DNA from: Eledone cirrhosa | Lineage: Eukaryota | Direction of reading: 5' to 3' | Assembly: GCA_964016885.1 (NCBI GenBank) | Contig: OZ024741.1 | Coordinates: forward strand, 275,590,001-275,654,000 | Length of the DNA stretch: 64,000 bases | Shown here: one piece after another, positions 20,835 through 36,954 of the stretch | How positions within the stretch are numbered: the first letter of the stretch is position 1 | How the letters are laid out: the number at the start of each line of letters is the position of its first letter | Notes under the pieces: generated by a model | The model's input: the letters and a program-made list of their open reading frames with translations, nothing else | Told to the model about the DNA's origin: nothing | Database searches by the model: none | Program-made: the position numbers and the translations under genes

Positions 20835-21293
20835 TCAATCTTGGCGCAAAACCAATTTTTTATCCACATGACCTCTACCGACCAATCAAAATTGTTTTGA
20901 CCATAATCTTTGCTGGAGCCACTTTTCTAACATTTTAACATAAAAACAGTCTTGGCGCAAAATCAACTTTTTACATTCACATGACCTCTACCGACCAATC
21001 AAAATTGTTTTGACCACAAGCATTTTTACAACACAAAAATAACGCTGGAGCCATTTTTTTAACATAAAAACAGGTAGAATTCCCAAAACTAATCAGATCA
21101 GAGCAAACAGCACGGACACTCTATCTCAAAATTATTTTTGAAAAGCATTTAGAAATGCGCAACCGGTAAAAACTTAAAAACTTAAAACCACAACTGAATA
21201 CTAACCCATACAATCACTAATACTCTTTTATTCCTAATTAAACCATTTTTCAACTGTGAACAATTTGTCAGCATTTTCTATTCCGTTTACCAA
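20835..21293 (+). mobile_element. pLTR-like non-coding repeat with decayed minimal HHR (21135-21172); related inverted copy at 25899-26240
   Basis: ttt-TTGAAAA-gcattt-aga-aatgc-GcAA-ccgg-TA-aaa; internal ~110-bp duplication (20840-20945 / 20950-21070); reverse-complement similarity to 25899-26240. Confidence 0.65.
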
Positions 21294-21356
21294 TACATAC
21301 ATATATATATACATATATATATATACATATATATATATACATATATATATATATAC

Positions 21357-21405
<49 letters not shown>

Positions 21406-21411
21406 CATATA

Positions 21412-23535
21412 CGATGGGGTTCAGCGACTCAGCGCAAGCAACTGACCTGGTTTGGATATACCTCCTACATAAGCTTAGGGAAGAAATACCGGCCCTACAA
21501 GGAGGTGTATATAGGGACGACGCCCTGTTTACCGTTAGGAACCATAGCCCCCGTAGGATAGAGAACCTTAACAAACATATACACAGGTTCTTTAAGTCAT
21601 ACGGCCTATCCGTAACTATGGACCTCAACCACAGGGTTGTCAACTTCCTGGACGTGACCCTGGAGTTGAGTACGGGCTTATACAAGCCATACCATAAGCC
21701 TGGAGAGTACCTCTCTTATATTAATTATGCCTCCAACCACCCTAAGCAGACTCTCAACTCCATAGTCTATAGTGTCTCACATAGAATCTCGAGTCTATCC
21801 GCCAATGAGGATATCTTCAACCAAGCGGCTGATTACTACAATAGGACCTTGATAAGCGCCGGCTTTAACCGAGGAATTTCCTACATCCCTAACGCTAGCT
21901 CTAGAACCACCCCCCTCATAAAACTAACGTTATAGTAAGCCATAGCTATAACCGATCACGCGGCGACCTCGTTAAAGTCGGATATAATAGAATAGATAAC
22001 CGCACCAAAGATCACGTCCCCGACGACGGTGAATACTGTAGATTACTCGAACTATTCCCCTATTACAAAACCAACAAAGGCGACGGCCTACTACCAACGC
22101 CTTCCAACCAACATCTTCGTGTACATAAACATGGAAGTGGTAGAAAGAGTGCACCCGAGCATAAAGTGAAAGGGGCACCGAACGGGCGACAGCGCATTAA
22201 CACACATAAGAGCGATCACTTAGATGGAACCACCCGTAGCAAAAGTACAAGGACACGTAATCGCAGTGTGGCCTCGAACATACCCCGGATATTCTTCGAA
22301 GCCTTAGAGAAGAACTTCCCACCCAACCATAGGTATAGAAAAATTTTTAATAGGAACAATATAAAAATATCCTTCTCTACTACTCCTAACCTAGCAGACA
22401 TCATAGGAACAACGAACCACAGTAAGATCACCAAGACACAGCACCTCGACGCAGACGCACCTACACCTGACAATAACTGTATCGGCCTTAACAACTCCCT
22501 GACAGCATCCAATAGTGTTGGCAAAGCATCCGCAGACGCAACCAGAATGACCGCGAAGTGACTGGGGAACATGCAGAACATGGCGTGCGGAATAACAATC
22601 GCACCATCCCGCGTGCTGTGGGTTGTAATTGTGCTAACGACAGCTGCGGTAGCGCAGCTAGCAACGTAGGCAGCAACAATGACAGCCTTATCGTGGGAAA
22701 TAGACGGAACCGCGACAGAAATTGCAACTGCCGCGACAGAGGACGATGCCCCCTTAGAGGATACTGCTTGACCGATAGGATTATATATAGATGCACTATT
22801 ACTAGCCACAATAGCGTTAAACATTATATAGGGGCCACCTCCGGCCCGTTCAAAATTAGGTTTCGAACACATCTCCACTCTTTCACAAATAGAAAACTAA
22901 GGCACTCCACCTCGCTCGCGGACTACATCACATCACTAAAGGACTTAAACATTAGCTTCTCCACGCACTGAGAGATTGTCGGCAGGGCTGCACCGTACAA
23001 CTTCAAGAGGAAATGCGATCTTTGCCTCATGGAGCTTTACCACATCATAACTGCACCCCACGAGCTCATCAACAGCAGAGCTGAAACAGCGATAAGTTGT
23101 ACACATCGCTTAAAAATATCCTTCTTTAGATGGGTTAAGAATGAAGAGTGAAATAGTACACTGGATCTCCCTGCAACAAGTCTTAACACCCCGGCGGGCA
23201 GGCGCAGCAAAATAACACCCAGAAAACAATCCTTGCATACCAGACCCAGCCTCAGACAAACGGAAAAAAAAAAAAGAAAAAAATATTATCCGGGAAAGAC
23301 AGCCCTAACACCGGCCAGAGTTACCTCCCTTGACCTGCTGCAAAATCAAAACAAGATATTTTTGCGAGCAATGAATCTTGATGTGGATTTAACCCCCAAA
23401 ACTCTTTCCGAACTATATAAGGAACACTTGTGATTATTTATGCCCTTGAGAAGCCCAACTGGGCGAAACGTACGTAGGTGATATTTTAAATAAACATGTT
23501 TTAACGGTCTATTCTCCGATTTTTCACTTTCCCAC
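21412..23535 (+). mobile_element. Penelope/Poseidon-type PLE, 5'-truncated and decayed, with 3' HHR and AATAAA
   Basis: [54 protein letters not shown]; AATAAA at ~23489. Confidence 0.88.
23443..23478 (+). ncRNA. Minimal hammerhead ribozyme, U3:A8 compensatory core
   Basis: cc-TTGAGAA-gccc-aact-gggc-GAAA-cgtacg-TA-gg; palindromic stem III (ACGTACGT). Confidence 0.75.
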
Positions 23536-25640
<2,105 letters not shown>

Positions 25641-25651
25641 TATATATATAC

Positions 25652-25682
<31 letters not shown>

Positions 25683-25683
25683 C

Positions 25684-26240
<557 letters not shown>

Positions 26241-26271
26241 AGGTTTGTGTCGGCTGACTGAGAAATGACTG

Positions 26272-26334
26272 GGGCATTTGACGATCCTGTTAGACCAACA
26301 AACTACGATTCTCTAACAAGATCGTCAAACGCCC
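26272..26334. other. 23-bp stem / 17-nt loop hairpin
   Basis: gggcatttgacgatcctgttaga ... tctaacaagatcgtcaaacgccc; the two mismatches are G:U pairs on the minus strand. Confidence 0.8.
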
Positions 26335-26860
26335 AATATCGAATCGTCGTGGATTATATGAGGGGCATATAATCTGAAAAATACGCTCCCCGGACTGTGA
26401 AAATGTTGCTGTGCATGAAATCCATATCATCGCTTTGCTACGCATTTCCAATATTTTTAATGCTTATATTATTTCTCCACGCACAGGCTATAACAATCAC
26501 ATAAAGAATTCATTACCAGTTCAACCCCCTTAACACTCTTGATCACCTGTTTAAGTGCTTCTATTACATGTAACACTCTGCCACACTATAGCATTATATA
26601 AACAAGACGCACGTGCTTGCCACTCGTGTAACTATTGCACTCAATAACCACTTATGACTATCCTATCGCATTAATTTCATGTTGTATTTTAACCTGTATT
26701 TTTGATTTTATCTTTTAATATGAATGTAATCTCTAAATGTATACTGCCACACTAAATGCTGTAATGGATGTTGACCCACCAAGCAACAATATTTGCATAT
26801 GTATCTGTATGTCTCTTGTGTTGAAAAGGAGGTCATATAAGTGTTCATTCATTAATAAAT

Positions 26861-26907
26861 TGCTCCGAAGAATCCAAACCTCGGTTTGGAGGAAACAGTT
26901 GTAAGCA
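26861..26907 (+). ncRNA. Minimal hammerhead (U4>C variant)
   Basis: tgct-CcGAAGA-atccaaacc-tc-ggtttggag-GAAA-cagttg-TA-agca. Confidence 0.65.
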
Positions 26908-27067
26908 TAAAAATGTTTTGAACAGTTCTTTGATTCTTATAACTTATATATATACATATACATATATATACATATACATATATATACATATACACATATA
27001 CATATATATATATATACATATACATACATATACATATATATATATATATATATATACATATACACAT

Positions 27068-27099
<32 letters not shown>

Positions 27100-27735
27100 T
27101 TTACGTCCGCTTTTCCCTGCTTGCAAGGGTGGGACGGGTCTTATTCAGCACAGCATCTCTCCACTCGTCACGGTCCCTCGTCATCTCCACCGTGAGCTTC
27201 AATGATCTGAGGTCTGTTCTCACCACCTCCGCCCATGATTTTCGTGGTCTACCTCTACCACGTCTTCCTTCAACTGGCATTTCCTGGCACTTCTTCACCC
27301 ATCGGTCATCCTCCATGCGCATCACATGTCCATACCACCTCAGTCTCCTCTCCCGTACACTACATTCTATCCCTCTCAGACACAGTTTCTCTCTCAACAC
27401 ATTTATGCTGGGTCGTTCACGCACATTTACACTGCACATCCAACGGAGCATGCTTGCCTCATTTCTCTCCAGCCGTCGCATATCTTCTGCGGTTGCTGCC
27501 CATGTCTCACTACCATGCAGCATCGCGCTCCTCACACAGGCATCATACAACCGGCCTTTCGTACGCAGGGAGAAACCCTTCTTCGTCAACAGAGGAAGCA
27601 GCTCCCTAAACTTCTTCCAACCCGTCCTTATTCTAGATACTATGGCCTCGGAACACCCTCCTCCCATGCTAATCTGATCTCCTAGGTACCGGAAGCTATC
27701 CACCACTTCTATAGCGCCCTCTCGCATTTGAAAAA
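27068..27735 (-). mobile_element. RTE LINE 3' end with (GAT)n tail
   Basis: [33 protein letters not shown]; open frame; tail 27068-27099. Confidence 0.9.
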
Positions 27736-27812
27736 TATATATATATATATACATATACACACACATATATATATATATATACATATACACACATATATAT
27801 ATATATATATAT

Positions 27813-28189
27813 ATATTGTTATACTTTGGGAGGGTCATGTTGCCAATAAGAAACACACGCACCAGTTGCTTTCACTTCAATTTATTATAATAAATTTATA
27901 AATTTAGGAATTTATAAATTTCCGGTTGGTTGGTTGGTTCCACAACCAGATGATTGTTTATATAGTGTCAAAGTTCTTTCGTCACACATTCTGTGACCTC
28001 TTCAGTGACTGTGGATTCTTTTCTTTGTTTTTGTGCCTCTCCTTTGTTCTGTCCTACGCCATCTTGTTTTTGTGTGTGTTGTGTGCTTAGTTTCCTAAAT
28101 TTATAAATTTATTATAATAAATTAAAGTGAAAGCAACTGGTGCGTGTGTTTCTTATTGGCAACATGACCCTCCCAAAGTATAACAATAT
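27813..28189 (-). mobile_element. Fold-back mini-element: ~97-bp inverted arms around a hammerhead (27967-28009, -)
   Basis: 27813-27910 is the reverse complement of 28092-28189; minus strand gtca-CTGAAGA-ggtcac-agaatgt-gtgac-GAAA-gaac-TT-tgac. Confidence 0.8.
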
Positions 28190-28243
28190 CGGTTTCAACA
28201 TACGTTTTCAGATAAAGAATCTTGCTAAACAAATTCAGAAACG

Positions 28244-28317
<74 letters not shown>

Positions 28318-28321
<4 letters not shown>

Positions 28322-28582
28322 GGTAAAATGTTGTGAAATTGACACTATTTCACGTTATTCCAGTTTACTCAGCTATAGAATTGAGGTGTGACGTCACTGG
28401 TGCCAAGCTGTATCGGCCATTACCTTTACCTTGGACAACATCAGTGGCATGGAGAGGGAAGACTGGTATGTATGAGCGACTGGAGGTCCTCTACAAACAA
28501 TCTTGCTCGGACTTGCACCTCAGAGAACTTTCTAGGAGCAAATCCCATGGTCATTTGTGACCTATGGGGTCTGTTTACTTTA
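28318..28582 (+). mobile_element. SINE-like repeat remnant
   Basis: Shares the ccagtttactcagct core with SINEs at 36410 and 47510; flanked by (TA)n. Confidence 0.45.
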
Positions 28583-28857
28583 GATATATATATCAGCAGC
28601 AGCAGCAGTAGCATGGATAGGACAGGCTGTCTCTTCATGAGGGATCAGGTCAGGGGACCACGATTCGCTCACACAGAAATGATTTTGGATTGGTTTCTAC
28701 GGCTGGATGCCCTTCCTAACGCTAACCACATTTACAGTGTGTGCTGGGTGCTTTTTGCTGTGTTGCCTACACAACCCCTGTACAGCGTGGACTGGGTGCT
28801 CGCTTTTATCATGACACCTACGTGACACACACACACATATATTATATATATATATAT

Positions 28858-28993
28858 ATATTTAATACAGAAAAGGCTTCTACAGGACTAGAACTGTTCC
28901 ATTCGGGAGAAATCATCGGGAAGCCCTGATGTGGTTACCCCCGATTGAACCCGGGATAAACTAGTCCTGTAGAAACCTTTTCTATATTAAATA
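28858..28993 (-). mobile_element. Palindromic mini-element with decayed hammerhead (28875-28925, -)
   Basis: 33-bp inverted arms; ggcttc-CcGATGA-tttctcccgaat-GgAA-cagttctagtcctg-TA-gaagcc. Confidence 0.65.
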
Positions 28994-29321
28994 AGTATAT
29001 ATATATATATATATAATATATATGTGTGTATATATATATACATACATTGGTTGTCTGTGGTACTGGGACTGGGAAGACGACAAATCAAAGAGGTACTTGA
29101 CACATGGTCAGATGCAGAGTGGGTATATTAGTGAAAGTAGAGGATCTACTGCGAGCTCGGCAGTTTATTCATCTACAAAAATAACACATACACACACAAA
29201 CACACATATGTATATATGTATATATATGTATGTTTGTGTGTGTATATATATATATATATGCTTGTGTGTGTATATATATATATATGTGTTTGTGTGTCTG
29301 TATATATATAAATCTATATAC

Positions 29322-29363
<42 letters not shown>

Positions 29364-29488
29364 CAAAAGGGATATTTAATTTGTTGGTAATTCAACAAAT
29401 ATATATATTTATAACAGATTCGAAGTTCTCGACAAGTTTTCTGGAGTTTAATATCAATGATATTAATAAATGGAATATATATATATAT

Positions 29489-31898
<2,410 letters not shown>

Positions 31899-31921
31899 GA
31901 TCCTTCCCAATCCCCTTGTTA

Positions 31922-31931
31922 TTTATTTATT
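31922..31931 (-). terminator. Candidate poly(A) signal of HECTD2 (overlapping AATAAA)
   Basis: tttatttatt on + strand ~200 bp past the stop codon. Confidence 0.45.
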
Positions 31932-32128
31932 CATGTATCAAGTAATGTTTTCTTAAATTACAAGAAAATATATTTGAATGACCACTGGTCAAGCTGATTT
32001 ATTATGAATCAACTAGTCTTTAAGCTACTGGAAAATATAATTTGTACAGCCTCTCGTTACTGGTTTATTATGGATTAGCTAGTTTTTTGTTAAGCTAGAA
32101 GAAAATATATTTGGTTGGTCAGTGAGGG

Positions 32129-32263
<135 letters not shown>

Positions 32264-32419
32264 TTAGAAGTAACAACACTGACACTAAAAATATTCTCAG
32301 GTCTTGGATAATCGTCCCCATCCCCTGCCTCACTTATTTACTTTTCAGATTCTCCCACTCCTCCCCATGTTCTTACCACCCCACCCTCCTGCCTATCAGC
32401 TTTTCTTAATCTATCTATC

Positions 32420-32830
32420 TTCTTCTTCGCCACTTATTCTTGAGATGGTCACTGGGGTAGAGTCCACAAACACTTCTTTCAGCAGGTTCTGTCAGAAGCA
32501 ACCATCTCCATTTGATCCGACTGGATCTCCAAGTGTGACCAGCCAAGCTCATGGATGTTATCCAACCATCTTGCTCAGGGTCTACCTCTGGGTCTCTTGC
32601 CGGTTGGTTTTGCCTGTAAAATCTGTCCAGCGATTCTTTCCTGAGACATTCTAACCACATTCCCATAATATCAGAGATGTGATCTGTCATTTCAGAGAAG
32701 TAGTGGCTCTACCTGGAGTGATTCTCTGATCTCTGAGCTATGCACTTTATTGAGTAACATTACTTCAAAGACCCTTCGGAGGAATCCCATTTCGGCCGCT
32801 TGTATTCGCGATCGTGTTCTTTCAGTCATG
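32420..32830 (-). mobile_element. Decayed RTE LINE 3' remnant
   Basis: MTERTRSRIQAAEMGFLRRVF on minus strand; gaagaaga tail. Confidence 0.55.
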
Positions 32831-33199
32831 TTGGCTAATCTATCTCTGGCGAAATTTTATTTTAAGTGGTAGCATTCCTGCGACAATTAATTTTCTTTAG
32901 ACATTAAAAAATATTATACATGAGAAAAAATTACATTACTAGAAATCCCATACATTATAAAATAATCAGGATGGGTTGGGGTCTCAATATGTAAACTAAA
33001 CTACTAATTCTGATTTTTAAATAAATCAATGGAAACAACCTAGAAACATTAGCGATTCTCCCCCTTCACCTGCTTATTCCAATCATTTTGGACCTGAGAG
33101 TAGATGTAGTGAGAGATTGGAGACTACCATGCTGGCCATCAAATGAAGACAATATAGTTTTTGAGAAGACCCTTCAGTCAGGACAATCATGTGACAACC

Positions 33200-33725
33200 T
33201 CTCACTGCTGGTGTCACAATAAAATGCGCCCTGTCCACTCTGTAAAGTAGTAATGATGGTGTCACAATAAAATGCACCCAGTCTACCTTATAAAGTGTCA
33301 CTGTTAAATACATTCTGTAAAATGGTAGTGCTCATGGCATGACAAAATACACCCAGTACACTCTGTAAAATGGTAGTGTTGGTGACATGAAAAATGCACC
33401 CATACACTCTGTTAAGTGGTAGCATTGGTGACATGAAAAACATACCACCATGTATACTCTGTAAAGTGTTAGTGCTTGTGGCACAAAAAACACACCCTGT
33501 ATACTCTGTAAAGTGTTAGTGTTGGTGGCTCAAAAAACCTCCCCAGAACACTCTGTAAAGTGGAAGTGCAGATGGCTCAAAAGAATGTGCCCAGTACACC
33601 CTCTGTAATGTGGTTGGCATTAAGAAAGACATCCAGTCATAGACACCATGCCAAATAGGGAACATATGGGCAAGACATGGTCACTCAGACTGTGACGAGC
33701 TGACCCATCCATGTCAGTGTGGATA
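33200..33725 (+). repeat. RTE-tailed SINE with ~9 tandem ~45-48-bp internal repeats
   Basis: Unit cacccagtacactctgtaaagtggtagtgttggtgacatgaaaaa, then the shared ggcattaagaaagacatccag..cccatccatgtcagtgtgga tail. Confidence 0.7.
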
Positions 33726-33739
33726 GCAGATGTAAAATA

Positions 33740-34232
33740 TTGTTGTTGATGATAAAGACGAAAATGATAATGGCAATGATGATGACGATGTTGATACGGA
33801 TGATGATGATAATGAAGATGACGATGGTGATGATGGTGATGATGATAGCCATGATAATGGTGATGGTGTCGATGACGATAATGATGATGGTGATGACGAT
33901 GATGATGATGATAGCCATGATAATGGTGATGGTGTCGATGACGATGGTGATGGTGATGACGATGGTGATGATGATAGCCATGATAATGGTGATGGTGTCG
34001 ATGACAATAACGATGGTGATGGTGATGACGATGGTGATGATGATAGCCATGATAATGGTGATGGTGTCGATGACGATAATGATGGTGATGGTGATGACGA
34101 TGGTGATGATGATAGCCATGATAATGGTGATGGTGTCGATGACGATAATGATGATGATGACAATGATGGTGTTGATACTGATGATGATGATAATTAAGAT
34201 GACGATGATTATGATGATGATGATGATGATGT
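33740..34232. repeat. (GAT)n-derived array with 54-60-bp higher-order unit
   Basis: Recurring gatagccatgataatggtgatggtgtcgatgacg (5 copies). Confidence 0.9.
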
Positions 34233-34269
34233 GTAATAGTGAAAAGTGATGGTGAGTCTTCCTACTCAC

Positions 34270-34410
34270 AGTTTCTGATCTTCGACTCTGGTAATCTTAA
34301 AAGACATGTCTGATGTTCCCCCAATTGGGACCCTGTCACTTCCTGTCGTGAAAAGCAGTAATTTCTTCTGTAATTCCGTTGGGAACTTGTAAACCACGTC
34401 CCAGAAATAC
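34270..34410 (-). CDS. HECTD2: HECTD2-like exon
   Basis: cttcag|G-YFWDVVYKFPTELQKKLLLFTTGSDRVPIGGTSDMSFKITRVEDQK-CT|gtgagt. Confidence 0.95.
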
Positions 34411-34844
34411 CTGAAGATAAACCAAAAGAGCTTACATTTGGTGGTGGTGGTGGTGGTGGTGGTAGTGTGGTGGTGGTGGGTGTAGTGTGGTGGTGGTGGT
34501 GGGGTGGGGTAGTGGTAATGGTGGGGGGGGGGGGTAGTGGTGATGGTGGTGGTGATGGTGGTAGTGATGATGGTGGTGGTGGTAGTAGTAGTAGCCTACT
34601 TGTTGTATGACATATGCACAATGGCTAGAGAGACAGATTGAGATTGGTGAGCCAGACTAGGGCCTCATTTGTAGTATCATGGATTGCCTCCAACCTGCTG
34701 GGAGAACATTTGAGGAGGGGAGGGCAATCTTGAACATGCAGCATCTCAGGTTAGGGTCCCCACAGTCACATGCTGAACTGTCTTTCATTTTCCATCAATT
34801 GGGATGATGGACTGTCCTGGCATCTGTTGTGTGGATCAGTTTAA

Positions 34845-35440
34845 CCCTTTAGCATTCAAACTGGCTGTATCCAGCCAGAATTCTCTCACCTCTTTCTGTT
34901 CAAACCGGCTGTATCCAGCCAGAATTCTCTCACCTCTTTCTGTTCAAACCGGCTGTATCCGGCCAGAATTCTCTCACTTCTTTCTGTTCAAACCAGCTGT
35001 ATCCGGCCAGAATTCTCTCACCTCTTTCTGTTCAAACCAGCTGTATCCAGCCAGAATTCTCTACACCTCTTTCTGTTCAAACCAGCTGTATCCAGCCAGA
35101 ATTCTCTCACCTCTTTCTGTTCAAACCAGCTGTATCCAGCCAGAATTCTCTCACCTCTTTCTGTTCAAACCAGCTGTATCCAGCCAGAATTCTCTCACCT
35201 CTTTCTGTTCAAACCAGCTGTATCCAGCCAGAATTCTCTCACCTCTTTCTGTTCAAACCAGCTGTATCTGGACAGAATTCTCTCACCTCTTTCTGTTTAG
35301 ACCGGCCACTCATACTAATGTTAAGGTATTGTTCTCAAAATAAATAATATCAAAATCTTATAAATTCAATATTATGTGAAATAAAACCTTTACCATGCAA
35401 AATTCAATAGTAAATATAGAATAATGTAAATGCTAAAGGG
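34845..35440. mobile_element. piggyBac-type MITE with internal 42-bp tandem array (~10 copies)
   Basis: TTAA|CCCTTTAGCATT ... AATGCTAAAGGG|TTAA; unit ttcaaaccagctgtatccagccagaattctctcacctctttctg. Confidence 0.8.
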
Positions 35441-36144
35441 TTAAGGGACACTTTTTGCTTTCTGGGAAGATCAAAGCCGGCTGGTTTAGATGTGGGGTCC
35501 TGGATGGTGTCATGGATGGGATCTTAGTTGGCAAATTTGAACTCATTCCATGATCTTCTCCACTCTTCCTTCAGATCAAAGTTATTGTGTTGAAGGCTCT
35601 TGATGGATTCTCATAGATCAAGTGTCCTCAAAGTGTTTGATATCAACCCAGAGAGTTTGATAGGACTCCTGGGTGGGTCGAGGGTGGGGGTGGGGGTGGG
35701 GAGGAATTTGGGTGCCATACCTGACATTAGTATATAAAACAAAAATATATAAAATCATACAATAAAATTCAATAAATGACCCCCATTTGGTCATAATAGT
35801 GAGAAATAGGGAGAGTGGGAGAGAAGGAGGCTATGACAGTGGGAGTTTGGTTTCATTGTGTTCGGACCTGGTGTATATGTGTATATATATATATTTATCA
35901 CACCACATTAACTGTAAAAGTCATTCATATTTTAGTACCACTTGTTTATATTTGTTTCTGATTTATATATATTTAGTCGTTATTGTTGTTTGTTTTAGCA
36001 TTTTATATTCTGTTTATTTATTTATTTGTTTGTTTATTTTTGTACATACCTGGTGTTGATGGGATTCTATGAAGGGGTTGATGATTGAAACAGTTTGTAC
36101 ACCCATGCTATAGATATACTAACATACCACATACATAACTACAT

Positions 36145-36545
36145 ATCATCATCATCATCATCATCACCGTTTTTACGTCCGTTCTTCCACGCTAGCATGG
36201 GTTAGACGGGTTGTCCTGTTGTGGGCAGTGTCTGGTCAGCTGACCTTCTCTTGCTCATATGGGAACTGATTCTGGCTTGATTTCTACAGCTGGATGCCCT
36301 TCCTAGCACCAACCTTATTTACAGTGAGTGCTGGGTGCTTTTTTACCGTGGCACCTCCACGACCACTTTGCAGTGGAATGATATGGGCCCCCAGTCCCTA
36401 TCATCTCATTTCTACAGCTGAGTAAACTGAAGCAATGTGAAATAAAGTGTCTTGCTCAATGAAACAACACATCACCCGGTCTGAGAATTGAACTCACAAC
36501 CTTTCGATTGCAAGCCCAATGCTCTAACCACTAAGCCATGTGGCT
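36145..36545 (-). mobile_element. tRNA-derived SINE with RTE-derived 3' tail and (GAT)n
   Basis: tRNA-like head (tggcttagtggttagagc..gagttcaattc), core cttgctcaa..aacaaca, tail identical to RTE 3' end at 63225-63400. Confidence 0.8.
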
Positions 36546-36559
36546 GCATATATACATAA

Positions 36560-36780
36560 GAAAAATACAAGAGAAGGAAGACCTCTATGGACCATTGATG
36601 AGGAGTTTGCAGATCCAGTATCCAAGATACATTTTCAGCTTCATACCCATCATTATTGGAGCTACAGGTTATATACCAACCCGCTTGGACCAAACTATAA
36701 CATGGACTACAAATGGCTGCGATAGCTGGCACCTTCAAAATTTGCAAAACATTCTTGCGATTCAAGGGATGACAATTTCT
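36560..36780 (+). mobile_element. Remnant of restriction-like-endonuclease non-LTR element (R4/Dong/NeSL-like)
   Basis: EKEDLYGPLMRSLQIQYPRYIFSFIPIIIGATG resembles the RLE C-terminus. Confidence 0.5.
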
Positions 36781-36954
36781 TTTCTTTTACAACTTTGCCA
36801 CCAGGAAGGTGGACAGTAAAAAATGTACTTGAAATTAAGAGAAAGAGAAACATACATACATTCATACATACATACAAACATACATATACATACATATACA
36901 TACATGCATACGTACATACATACATAAATACATACATACATATTTACATACATA

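Noticed and set aside
33685-34269. Ile/Met/Ser-rich ORFs resembling membrane or low-complexity proteins
   Set aside because: Translation of the (GAT)n array in an intron
34804-35343. 179-aa repetitive ORF or CRISPR-like array
   Set aside because: Head-to-tail 42-bp units with no spacers, inside a MITE
35615-35720. Possible alternative terminal HECTD2 exon (cag|GTATGGC..., in frame to a stop)
   Set aside because: Weak acceptor, no homology, low-complexity content; unsupported without RNA data
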